This document shows, in pieces, positions 1 to 11,100 of a stretch of 64,000 nt of DNA. Each line of letters opens with the position of its first letter. Within the stretch, counting starts at the first letter, position 1. The translations under genes were made by a program, and so were the position numbers. The notes beneath the pieces are model-generated. The model worked only from the letters and a program-made list of their open reading frames with translations. It did not search any database and had not been told where the DNA came from. This DNA is from Sphaeroforma arctica JP610 (taxonomy: Eukaryota), in contig NW_014040431.1 of the NCBI RefSeq assembly GCF_001186125.1, positions 33,656 through 97,655 on the forward strand, read 5' to 3'.

Positions 1-105
1 TAAACATATATATATTTATATATATGAACATATACATATATATATATAAACATATATATATATATATATAAACATATATATATATATATATAAACATATA
101 TATAA
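1..105. repeat. (TA)n / AAACATATATA microsatellite
   Basis: Low-complexity TA repeat read directly from the sequence. Confidence 0.9.
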
Positions 106-697
106 CAGGTGCTTTCGTGTCATACAGGCATAGCCACAATGAATTAATTCTAATAACTCTATCGTCCTCGCGATTATTTAATACAACAAGAAGTCATATT
201 TTTAAAGTAGCCGTCTACCAAGAGACCTAAAGTACACCGTCTAAATATTTACAAAAGAATTGTGTTGTTATTCAGCTGGAACGCCGTGGAGACTAAAAGC
301 GTCAATGAGATTTTTGAGGAAATATGAGTCTCTCCGTAGGGGGCCTACAAATTGGGGGGAAACCGTTTTGGACAAATTGATAATGAAATAGAGACGAATG
401 TAGAGCTTGATGAGAGCCTTGAAACGCTTTCTTTTAAATATATTTATAACAAGTGCTGAAGTTATTTTGTATTTACCTTTCCACTCACGAGTGTGTAGTG
501 TGTACATATAATATAATAAATAAATGGGGCTTTACATTGCACTAGGATCACACATTCTTCGTATGTGCAGTACTCATATGTATTGTACGGGACGTTAACG
601 TACGCATGCTTGTTGATGCTCACTGATGCTCTCGTGATGGCATGGAGTGATGCGAAAGGCGCGAATACGTCCTCAAGTGACACATTACTCATACAAG

Positions 698-788
698 GGA
701 AGTGTTGATGTTATCGAATGGAAATTGTTGATGTTGACGAAGGGGAAGTGTTGATATCATCGAAGGGGGAGTGTTGATGTCAATGAAG
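698..788 (+). repeat. Four degenerate ~23-bp tandem repeats (GGAAGTGTTGATGTYATCGAAGG-like)
   Basis: GGAAGTGTTGATGTTATCGAA, GGAAATTGTTGATGTTGACGAA, GGAAGTGTTGATATCATCGAA and GGGAGTGTTGATGTCAATGAA occur consecutively. Confidence 0.7.
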
Positions 789-1209
789 ATGTACTTGTTC
801 TGAATCCCTCAAACCCCATATGTAATCAACATACATGTCGGACGATATTGAAGACTTTTCACGAGTAGCGGCATCGGCCAGTCTACATCTACTTCTACAT
901 ACATCTACATCTGAACCTGTACCTGATATAAACGCGCCCAATTGGCCAGTTTAACTGAACGTTCTTGTTGATGCAGAGTACACGAACTCAGCGGAACCAT
1001 ATACATCGGATGGTAGTGGAGGCATATCTCCAACCTCACTAACGTCTACATCAACGAACGAGATAAACTCTCTCAAGTGTCCGCCTGAGAAGCTGAGAGG
1101 TGCTGTGAGTGCAGAGTGCAGTAGCTCAGATAAAACCCGAACAGACACTGATGCATCTGGGACTCGATCTAATATAGCTACAGTACACACCAGCGCATTG
1201 AATACGGGT

Positions 1210-3567
1210 ATGGAGAACAACGACAACATATGTGCTGATACGTCTCCGAGTCCGCATGCGGGAGATGGTGTCATCGGGGAGTGTTTAGAGACGGTTAGTG
1301 CCCATAGTCTCGTACACAACGTCCTTATCAATAACAACGTGTGTGTGCGTGTTGATTCGAATGATGCAAACGCACACAATGTTGAGACAGGTCCCGCGAC
1401 AAAGGACACTATTCCCTTCCCGGTTGGGCGCATGGAGGTGAATACAAAGTGTATAGTTTGTGGGGATGATGTGTGTGCACATTGCGGTGATAAAAAGAGT
1501 GATCATCAGGAGAACAATAGTGCTAGTGATAGAGATGGAGATGAGACGGCTCCCCATACCAATACACAATCACATTGTCGGACGAGAGAGGATTACGCCT
1601 GCGATGCAGAGGTCACAGCAACAGAGTGCACCGATAGTGTACCTTCTTATGTAACACACTCAGTAGATGGGTTGTGTGCTATTTGTGGAAGTAGCAGGGA
1701 CTTAAAAAAAACGTGCGATGGCCATCGTATCGATCATAATGGAGGGGAGAGGGAAAGGTGTGCAACAATGTTCAATGCAACGCCATTAGCGCGTGTTATA
1801 TCCGGAGAAGGGTGGGCTTTAGACAGCAGCGAGACCTCTCGCACGAGCCGTACGTCCAAGGGGAAAGGGACTATGTTTAGCATGCCGTGTACCCAACACG
1901 TGAGAGAGGTGGCATCGGATACTTTCGATGTAGGTATAGGCATGGGTATGGACACACACGCAGACGCCGATGAGGGTGCACCCACCCCCACACACACGCA
2001 CGCACACACACACACACACACACAGTCACCTCCTAAAGTACGCAGCAGCTCACGCGTGTCCTTTCGCATACCGACTGCTGCCGCTGCACGCGCGTCGGCT
2101 AACGCTATAACAAATGCCGAGGCGTCGTCTACCATGGAAGAGGAGGATATACTGAGCATCTCGAGCGACCAGTTAGCCGACACGCACCCACCCGCAATCC
2201 ACAGAGACGCGAGGGGGTGCCACAGCAGCACCAGCAACCCCACCACACCCACAGGCGCAGGCGTGCGGAATGCGCGCGAGAGCGCCGATAGCAGCGGCAA
2301 CGTGAGCAGCGCATACGGCAAGGCTAACCTCACCAGCGTGCTGACCGAGGGCCATGACCGCATGAACACCACCACGGAAAGGGGGCGCAGGATGCAGGAG
2401 GGCAAAACGTTAGCACGCTTTGCCGCCAAGTCGTTTTGGATCGTGCTGCTGGTGGTGGCCGTGGTGACCGTTCCGTTTGCGGCGGTGTTGATCGCGTATC
2501 TGATGGAAGACCGGTTGTATCTGTGCGAGTGTAACCCGGTGCTGGCGCTGTCGATCACCATGGTGTGTGTGAGTGGGGTGCTGCACTGTGGGATCATCTG
2601 GCTGTACGCGTGGCAGGTCATGAAACACCGCAACCACCCGGCCATCAAGCCCCGCGGGCAGCACTTCCTGCTGCAGCTGTGTGTAGTAGGCTGTATCGTC
2701 CCGGTGATGGGCACGCTCAACTCGCTCGAGTATCTCGGTGTGTTGCAAGGCATATGCATCTTCTCCTACATCGGCGAACCCTGCGCCCATAGCCCGACCC
2801 AAGCGCAGGCACGAGCGGATCAGACATACTTTGTGACTACTTGGTCCGAGGCCCAGGGGCTTGTGCTACAGCTGGTGCATATAGCCATGCGCTTCACCAC
2901 AACGATGTATTTCGCTGCGGTAATTGCGCGGCAGCGTATCCTGTACATCCTCTTTGTGGGTGACCGCCGCACCCGCACCTACAGCCGCCGGCAGATGTTC
3001 TGGCAGTATCTGTACCCCAATCTCATCCTCCTGGTCTGTTGGGCCATCACCGAGACCATGCTGTTGGTGTTTGTGATCAGTGCCTTTCATTCCGATGTGT
3101 CTCGCGAGACCCATCTAGACCTGACCGTGGGGCTGTGCTTCCAGATTGCGTTGGTGCTGGGGATGCTGGCGGCCTTCTGCTACTACGCGCACATGACGCG
3201 TTACGTCGAGCTCGTGTTCTCGGACTACTGGGCCAATCTGCGCATGATCAGCATCTTCACCTTTGTCAGCGTGGCCATAAGCGTGGCGCGTCTGGTCAGC
3301 GCCACGTCGCTGGTAGTGGGCCTCATGTACGGGCCGCTGGAAATGGCGTTTGTGACGCTGTACTTCATGGACAGCTTCACGGCTGCGCTTATAAACATAC
3401 ACCACGGCATAGACCGGGTTAGCCTACCCTCTGCGCCGTCGTTTGTGTCGCAAGCATTGCGTAGGTGGTCTACCGCACCCACGCAGAAACAGAACCTGGT
3501 TAGTAAAAGCCATTCATTAGACAAGGACGACACACAGGGCAGCCAAAGCGTGCCTACCGAGCTATGA
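1210..3567 (+). CDS. Class C (7tm_3)-like GPCR-type membrane protein with a long low-complexity N-terminus, single ORF
   Basis: The frame is open from 955 to 3567; first in-frame ATG is at 1210 and the true start is uncertain. The C-terminal half has about 8 hydrophobic segments and class-C-like loop motifs: HRNHPAIKPRG (ICL1), RQRILYILF (end of TM3), AHMTRYVELVFSDY (ICL3). The TM region has GC3-rich codon usage. Confidence 0.7.
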   Translation: MENNDNICADTSPSPHAGDGVIGECLETVSAHSLVHNVLINNNVCVRVDSNDANAHNVETGPATKDTIPFPVGRMEVNTKCIVCGDDVCAHCGDKKSDHQENNSASDRDGDETAPHTNTQSHCRTREDYACDAEVTATECTDSVPSYVTHSVDGLCAICGSSRDLKKTCDGHRIDHNGGERERCATMFNATPLARVISGEGWALDSSETSRTSRTSKGKGTMFSMPCTQHVREVASDTFDVGIGMGMDTHADADEGAPTPTHTHAHTHTHTQSPPKVRSSSRVSFRIPTAAAARASANAITNAEASSTMEEEDILSISSDQLADTHPPAIHRDARGCHSSTSNPTTPTGAGVRNARESADSSGNVSSAYGKANLTSVLTEGHDRMNTTTERGRRMQEGKTLARFAAKSFWIVLLVVAVVTVPFAAVLIAYLMEDRLYLCECNPVLALSITMVCVSGVLHCGIIWLYAWQVMKHRNHPAIKPRGQHFLLQLCVVGCIVPVMGTLNSLEYLGVLQGICIFSYIGEPCAHSPTQAQARADQTYFVTTWSEAQGLVLQLVHIAMRFTTTMYFAAVIARQRILYILFVGDRRTRTYSRRQMFWQYLYPNLILLVCWAITETMLLVFVISAFHSDVSRETHLDLTVGLCFQIALVLGMLAAFCYYAHMTRYVELVFSDYWANLRMISIFTFVSVAISVARLVSATSLVVGLMYGPLEMAFVTLYFMDSFTAALINIHHGIDRVSLPSAPSFVSQALRRWSTAPTQKQNLVSKSHSLDKDDTQGSQSVPTEL

Positions 3568-3723
3568 TAACAAACGGACACGGATTGCAGAGAATATTTA
3601 AAGGTTGTCGGACATGGATAGTCGGGAACAGAGAAGGCTGTATCTTCTGCACGCCATAGTATACAGAGCAAGTATCGCAAAAGAGGTCCGATGAGGATTG
3701 GAACAGAATATAAGTAGGAGTCA

Positions 3724-3847
3724 AATGTCTATAGACAAGTCACACAATGTCTACAGGCCAGTCACACGATGTCTAAAGGCAAGTCACGCAATGTCTAAAG
3801 ACAATTCACACGATGTCTAAAGACAAACCACACATTGTCTACAGGCA
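3724..3847 (+). repeat. 22-bp minisatellite, about 5.6 copies (AATGTCTAAAGACAAGTCACAC consensus)
   Basis: Head-to-tail degenerate units with no spacers, downstream of the receptor stop codon. Confidence 0.85.
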
Positions 3848-6800
3848 CTCGGTATTGAGTGAATCAAAGTACGGGTGCAAGCCAACGCGTGCCCACAGAG
3901 CTGTGATAGCTGACAGTAGCTAAGTGATATTTCAGGTCAGAGAGCGTGTTATAGCCGCAGCCGAGTGTCAAGTTAGAAAACAAGCGGTGACACAACAGGC
4001 AGTAGTGTCACACTAGCGGAGGGGACTACTACTCTATACAGGTTGCTTCTTGGTGCTAGCGTTGGGTGAAGCGCATGCTACCCTACCCCCGCATGAATAC
4101 GACGTGAAAGCGGTTATATAGATGCCACTCTCGGTGATGAGAGTGGGCCGGCCGAGCACCGCTAACGACTGCGCTATGAATAGAGATAGCTATATTTAGA
4201 ACACGATTGGCGAGTGATGTTCCAAGCGCGAGCACCGTAGCCCACACCGTACGCGAGTGTGTGCTGTGCGTGTGTAGGTGTGGCCTGTGAAAGGCCCTTT
4301 TAGCACATGGTCAGCTGGGGCGCAGATAACTCGACGCTTTCGGTCAGTACAATCGCATCGCATGCAGGCTACGCAGGATGTGGGTTTGTGTACGTCGCTC
4401 TGACAGCCACCATGCTTGAGTATTAGAATAGAACGGCACGAAATAGCTCTCTAGTGCGTCTTGGCAGTCAGTTGTTGCACCATGAACATGCGCGTAGTTC
4501 TGCGAGCGTCGCATGCTGCATGATACGCCCGTTGTGCATGCGTCTAGTAAGTGCTTAACCTGAACGATGCCCTTGGTAGCATATTCATAGTGGCGTTCTG
4601 TGGGGGGTGGGGTGGCTGGGCCAAATATAGAACATGAGTGGTAACGGAATAGTAACCCTTTGTCATCTCGGCAACCAAGGGAAATGGTGTCCTCGTTCCA
4701 CATTTGGTCGTGGTGCTGTGCATTGCGTCTGGTGCATGAGATATGAGGTACCATGTGACTATAGGCAACCACGGCGTCAGTGATAGGCGCGCTCAATGAA
4801 GAGTACCATACAAAGACGGCTGCAAAGAAGCTGGGCCAAATATAGAATACATACCAACGGTGTATGAGTATATATGTGCGACGCCACCGGATCGAGAGGG
4901 ATTTAGGGGCAAATAAAGAATTTAGATAGTATGTATGAAATGTGAAGCACGTGGCTGATGTTCTCCGATGCTGGCGTGATGTGCTAGTCTATGCGATGAT
5001 TACGGTCTATGCACGTATTAGTGCGTCATACAATTACGAGATCAACAGATATAGGGTTCAGGTTCAACACGCATGTGCAAAAAGTGAGTCGACAGTGGCA
5101 CGGCACTCGAGCGAAACGCACCCCGAGTCGTGCACGTTCGTATGGTGAGTGAGATGATACGAATTTTAGCAGTTGATTTGGAACTTGTCACAAAATGGTG
5201 GCCGTTTTTGTATTCTATGATTTTACGACAGAAAGGTTTGTGATACGATGTTTATCACCTGCATCAGGTGGTCGAGAGAAGCCCAAATATTGATATGATG
5301 TTATAGTACTACGGGCGGAAGCCATGCCACGGTCGCATAACTGTCGTTGCGTTCAAACTCGCCACTGTCTTACACTTCCGTCACTGCATTGTCATATCCT
5401 GGTAAAGCATTGTTTGAGTATGTAACGAGTTACTGTAGGTGCATTGGCATAGTATCGTCGTGCTGCAGTTGAGGCATTCTGTCCCATCGCGTGCACCCGT
5501 TTGCACTAATCCACTTCCACCACAAGTAGTACCGGCGAGTCCTCTGTCGCAAGGTAAGTATGAATCTTTAGGCCAATACCAAATCGGTTGTGTAGTGGCT
5601 TCGCCGCGATATACCGCTGCAGATGGGGCCGAATGCGGTATGCACATGTTCAAAGGTACACAAGTATGAAGTTGTTAGTGTACTGGATGAACGATAGCAA
5701 GCCTGTAAATGTGAAAATATAATTATTTGTGTAGGCTACTCCTGTTCAAAGGTATATAAGTATGTAATTGTTAGTGACTGGATATACGATATATGGCATG
5801 CCTATAGATGTCAAAATATGCTTATTTGTGCTCATGGTCGTAACCTATGTGTTCATGTGGTGTGCTACTCGCCAGTGTCACCTACAGTGAGAATATGGGC
5901 GTGTGTATCTCGTCCTTGTCCTGCTTCCTGTACAGTGGTATTTTATATATATTTTTCTTCCTGCCATTTGTTGTTGATTTTTTATCAGGATCTTCCGAAC
6001 ATCTGTTTGCCATATATTTCGGTAACCGTGTTTCTTATTGAATACAAACCTCAGTACTTGTGCGCAAAAGTATTAGATAGGTTATGGCAGCTGGCATAAT
6101 CACATCCACATCGTCACAGCAACTCTATTTCCCACAACTTTCCCGGGCATCAAAATATCGCAGTACACCGATGTCATATGGTCTAATCTTATGAGTAGTT
6201 CAAAAGCCCTCGATATCACTCGATTTGCAGACATTATGTGGGATGCAAATGTTCTTACCTCTATATGTTGCGTGCTGCGCTTATGTATTAACCCAAATCC
6301 ATAGTTTTTAGTCAATTTTTTGGCTTCTACTGTTTTGTATACACGTGTTGCAGTCCTTCAGTGTACTTGATTGCCTAGTTCGATTCCCCAAGCTGTGCCT
6401 ATCTTTGTTGTATCTTTCACGTCCGTGCCTGGTAGCAAATATTTTATCCGATGAAAGATATTACTTCGTCTAGCAGGTAAGTTGTGGCTCACATCATGGG
6501 ACCAGTCATAACGGACATCGATGTCGCATGAAGCCGCAGCTGTGAGTGCAAAGTCGTGATGTGGGAACCCTACTTCAAATAAATCTACGTTGCAAATCAC
6601 TATCGGTCTTGTCAGCGGAGTTGATGATCTGTTTATGTGCTAGTTATGATCCATGTTGCAGAGGTGAATGTATTCCTTGCATCTTGCAGAGAGTATGATG
6701 TGGAGGCTATTTTTTTCAAACACGCGTACAAAACCTCTTAGTTCATTGTATTCTGCACTCGCCGTCTGTTCATGTCATTTCTAGTATATGCACAGCTTAC

Positions 6801-7504
6801 AGCTTCTTACGTCCGTGACGGTCTTGAAATTAGTCTTACTTTGCCATCTTCAAACTTTAAAATGGAATACGAATTATCATTGACTTGTGATTGAGATCAA
6901 GCCGTCTCAATATCTCCAAGCATGAGGTTTAATTAAATGAGAGTACCCTCTCGCTGAACAGAATGTACCTCCGCGATAAAATAGAATCGGTAGATTGGTC
7001 CTCGCAAGATAACAATTGGATACAAATATTGGTACATCAAAGTACGCTTAAAAGTACGACAGTCCAATAATCCTTGTTTAGACGTGCCAAGGCGGATGCA
7101 GCCAGCGGTAATCGCAGTATATCATTTAGGACAATAGGCTTTTCGAAATAAACATATGGGTGGTTCCTGGCGAGTAACGAATTTGACATCTATATTCCAC
7201 CTTTTTCTATCAGCTTCTTTCTATACAAATAATCGTTGAGTGTAGTACGAGTTTTTTTAACCGAAATCTGACTATGCATACTTCCTGGCGAACATTATGC
7301 CTGATTTCTTTTTGCCACCTATCTCATCAACTTGCCTCTAAAACGTTTCAATATACTTCTCTCATGAAATTGGATCTTTTGTCGCTGATGTCACCCCTGT
7401 CGACAATACAGCGTACAATAGGTAGTCACTTCCTGTCGTGGAGGATGGTTGGAGATCTTGATCGAATTGATCATTTGATAATGGGGTGCGATTCAAACAA
7501 TCTC

Positions 7505-8160
7505 TTTTCATTTTCATAATAAGAATTGCATCGCTAATAAGAATTGAAAAATAAAAGAGTGTTTCTATGATGAAAGAGACACATTTTTACCTTCTTGACG
7601 CATCTGCATATAGTGCCTACTTACTAACTTTGAAGTCAAGATTTCGAGTCCAAGGCGATGGAGACCTCAACTGGCGTGGCGTAATGTCGAGTGTCTCTCT
7701 AAGTAATCCTTAACGATATACTGATAGAGGGTTACATTAACAGGAAGGTGTGATTTGGGGTTATTCGTGACCAAATTTTCCTCGTTTTCTCGATTGCAGT
7801 TAGATATGAAACCAATAAGACCATTTTCGTCGTTTTGGAATATCTTGTCATTTTCATAGTAAGAGTTGCATGGCATGATAAGAATTGCAAATATAAGAAT
7901 GTTGCTATGTTAACTGAGTTGCATTTGTACCTTCTTGACTCACCTGCATATAGTACATACTTACTTACTTTAAAGCGAAGAATTTGAGTCCCGGGCGATG
8001 GAGTGGCATGATGACGAGTATCTCTCTGAGTAATCCTCGACGAGATACTGATAGAAGGTTACAATAAATGAGAGGTGTCATTTGGGGTTCTTCGCGACCA
8101 AGTTTTCCTCATGTTGCAGATTGCAGTTTGACATGGAACAATCAAGACCATTTTTGTCGG
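7505..8160. repeat. Diverged tandem duplication (~340-360 bp period) within a decayed minus-strand coding-like region
   Basis: TACCTTCTTGAC..CTGCATATAGT..TACTTACT..CTTT..GAGTCC..GGCGATGGAG occurs at ~7590-7665 and ~7930-8003. Minus-strand translations align: DENGLIGFISNCNRENEENLVTNNPKSHL vs DKNGLDCSMSNCNLQHEENLVAKNPK*HL. Confidence 0.7.
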
Positions 8161-11100
8161 TTTAGAGGGGTTTTTGTAAAAAGAATGCGGAAGAGGGTAG
8201 TAAAAATTTCAGACCTTGATGAGGGTGAACAGTTTTTCTTCATAGAAGTTACTGCAGTTGTAGTTGGTTGTTAGCTACTTTTTCTTTAGAATAAAGTTAT
8301 GTAGTTGAAATGAATTATGTGTGATTGGCGAATATGGCTCGATTGCCACGTTCAGTCCGCGTGTATATTGACACAATGTTCGGCGATTTGGCCAAGATAA
8401 ATGTCTAGCACAAATTACAATCTATTAGTAGATTGATTTCAACGTGTGGGCAACAAATACAACCCGCGATTACACAGAGCACTCCGTGTACTTAAGGGCC
8501 TATCAACTAGATAAACTATAGCTATAGTTGCTACCCAGCGGTGCTTCCCCGCCGATACCCATATGTGCATGTATAGGGGAAGAGATCATAGTTGGGCTGT
8601 AGCGCTTTGTACTCTTTACGAGTGCTGTGGTGATTTACCGACGGGCTAATTTGTAGCGCTAGCTGTCTAAAAGTAATCCGGCATAATTATACCATAATTT
8701 GTCGAGGCTGAGTGTTATGCCGTAATGAAGTGTACCTACAGAGTAGTTAAACTCTGACTGCTTGATGGTGGGTGGAAATCCATTTCGACTTGAATGTCGA
8801 ACGTAGGTTGAAGTACTGGTTCAGTATGTTAATTTTGGATAGGTCATCGTCACATCAGCAAACAGTACATATTGTCAAATTTCGTATGTTGTTTCTGTAC
8901 ATCGGTATGTGTGAATTATAAATGGCAACTACGCGTTTACTTCGCTGTATTGAGCGATACAGTTATATTCTCATTTAGCGGCAACCTTGAGATGTGTTCC
9001 GCTTCTCTACAGCATTTCTATCTTGTATATTCCTCATTCAGGGTTCTATTCACATAAAAAGATTCATCGGTCAGGAACTGGACAAATCAATGATAAGAAT
9101 AGTTATACTTTATTATAATGTAAGAGCTATTATTTATGCCACATGTATCTGACCAAAAGGGTCTCACAGACGAGATGTAGCATTCAATGATATACTTTAG
9201 CTTGAATAGCGCTAGTAGTTTATACTTACATGCTAACTTCTGAGAATATTTCGAACAGTAAATTATGAGTATCCAGTTGATAGTGCTGTATGTTGCTGTG
9301 TGTCGTCCATGTGTCGGATTCATCCGCTGTGGTTATGACCGAGTATACTTACCTGTTTTCACATAGTGTACGTCAACTATGACGTTTGAGTGATTGTGCT
9401 AGTCATCACTAACAAGAAATGTATCAGTGGTGTTGTATTAATGCAATGTGTAACATAATAGTAGATTATTTCATAGCGCTTAGAGAGACATTCATCACAT
9501 ATGTAGACTTGACATATGTAGGCTTCATCACATCTGTAGGCTTTTTACTCTATATGGTTGTATATATTGGAATCCTTGCTTCTTTCATATTACAACTATA
9601 GAACGAATGCGAATTTACGCTCAGTTTTGACGTTGCTATCGATTAACATAGTAATAAATGAATAGTTCGAGAATAAGTGAATAGTTCGAGTCTGTATCCA
9701 TGTATTGGCAATAAAATATACATGTTGTGCATCATGAGATAAAGACAAAAGTGTGTGTCGGTATCTGCCAATAATATACTGCTAATAAACGCAAGCTAGT
9801 ATGTCGTGGATATTGTGATCAAAATTAGTGCAAAGTAGTGTGATACAACTAAACAACTTCGTGTTATTCAGTGTCACAGATGAGGCAAAAGAATACGTAA
9901 TGTACCACAATGTAAGATTTCAAACATGAGATACGCAAATATAGTTTCATCGGTTTAGCAATTAGTTCATATAACTTGAACTATCACTTCACCACGAAGT
10001 GAAGCGCTAGGGCTACATGCAACTTTCGATGGACAACATATCGACAACTATGTCGGTATTCCAAGTCTTCACTTCGACCTCTGCCGAGAGACAATACTTC
10101 CATCAGATGTACGTTCACTGATGTTGATACATCGATTCCTCGTTGATCTTTTGGTGCATGCAGCAGAATCAGATAAGCGGATCAAGGTACACATCTTCAT
10201 TAGTTACGATACGTTTGCGTATAGAAGTATCATATGGGAAGTTTTTTGTTTGATCGAATATTTGATATCAAAGTAAGGAGCGAAGTGCAATCAACTGCTG
10301 TGAATTGGCATGCTCATATGTTCATATTGTATGTATGTATATGTACAGTTTGTTTATATATTTCGTGTGCAACACTTGTACAATATCCACAATAAATTAT
10401 CTGTGTATGTATTTTATGTGTCTATAATGTCGGCAACCTATTGGCCAAACATACTACCATAAGTTATCAATTCATACTATCTCAAATACTACAAAGAGCT
10501 GTTCGATACACCGATCAATAAGGTTCTTCAATAATTGACATCTGTTAGAGAGCCATTAGGCTCCCGTTATATGTGGCTTGAATAATATAAAGTTCTTAGT
10601 AGAAAACACAATCACTCACTGATCACCGCACTACGATGTTTTACATAATCAATAAAATGTCAAAAACATTCAAATACCCTATTATTGCGAGGTGGACTGT
10701 ATAGATATGGTCTCCCCGACTGGAATCTGATGAGGGCTCCACCATCGTTCAGTTCATCCTTGAAGCATGTACAATAACTTTTATTGAGTGATACCAAGTG
10801 ACGCTGATTTCCGTCTATGTACCGATGTGTTCGAGACTTACACTGTCTTCGCTGCTAGCATACTTGGTATGTAGATTGACTATTATGTTTTATAACAAAC
10901 TACGGTTGAACAAATACCCGTATTCTCTAGTAGACTACTTCCCTCGGGTAAACCCTCGGGTACTTTCTACAGCCTCCGGCTTAATCATAATAAACATATA
11001 TTCTTCAGTGAGATAGATTGTTGTTTGGGCCGCAAATTCTCAGCTGCCCTTTATGTCCGAAAAGTATCAATCTATGGTTGCTGTAGCACACAAGTCGAAG

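Noticed and set aside
951..3680. Antisense and alternate-frame ORFs over the receptor gene (also over the antistasin and GGH genes)
   Set aside because: Shadow ORFs of GC-rich coding sequence with no recognisable motifs.
3724..3847. 22-bp repeats as a CRISPR array
   Set aside because: Units are head-to-tail with no unique spacers, there are no cas genes, and the context is eukaryotic.
10727..10770. CTGATGA as a hammerhead ribozyme core (also on the LTR minus strand near 16917 and 22490)
   Set aside because: No stem II followed by a conserved GAAA; the candidate GAAA differs between the two LTR copies.
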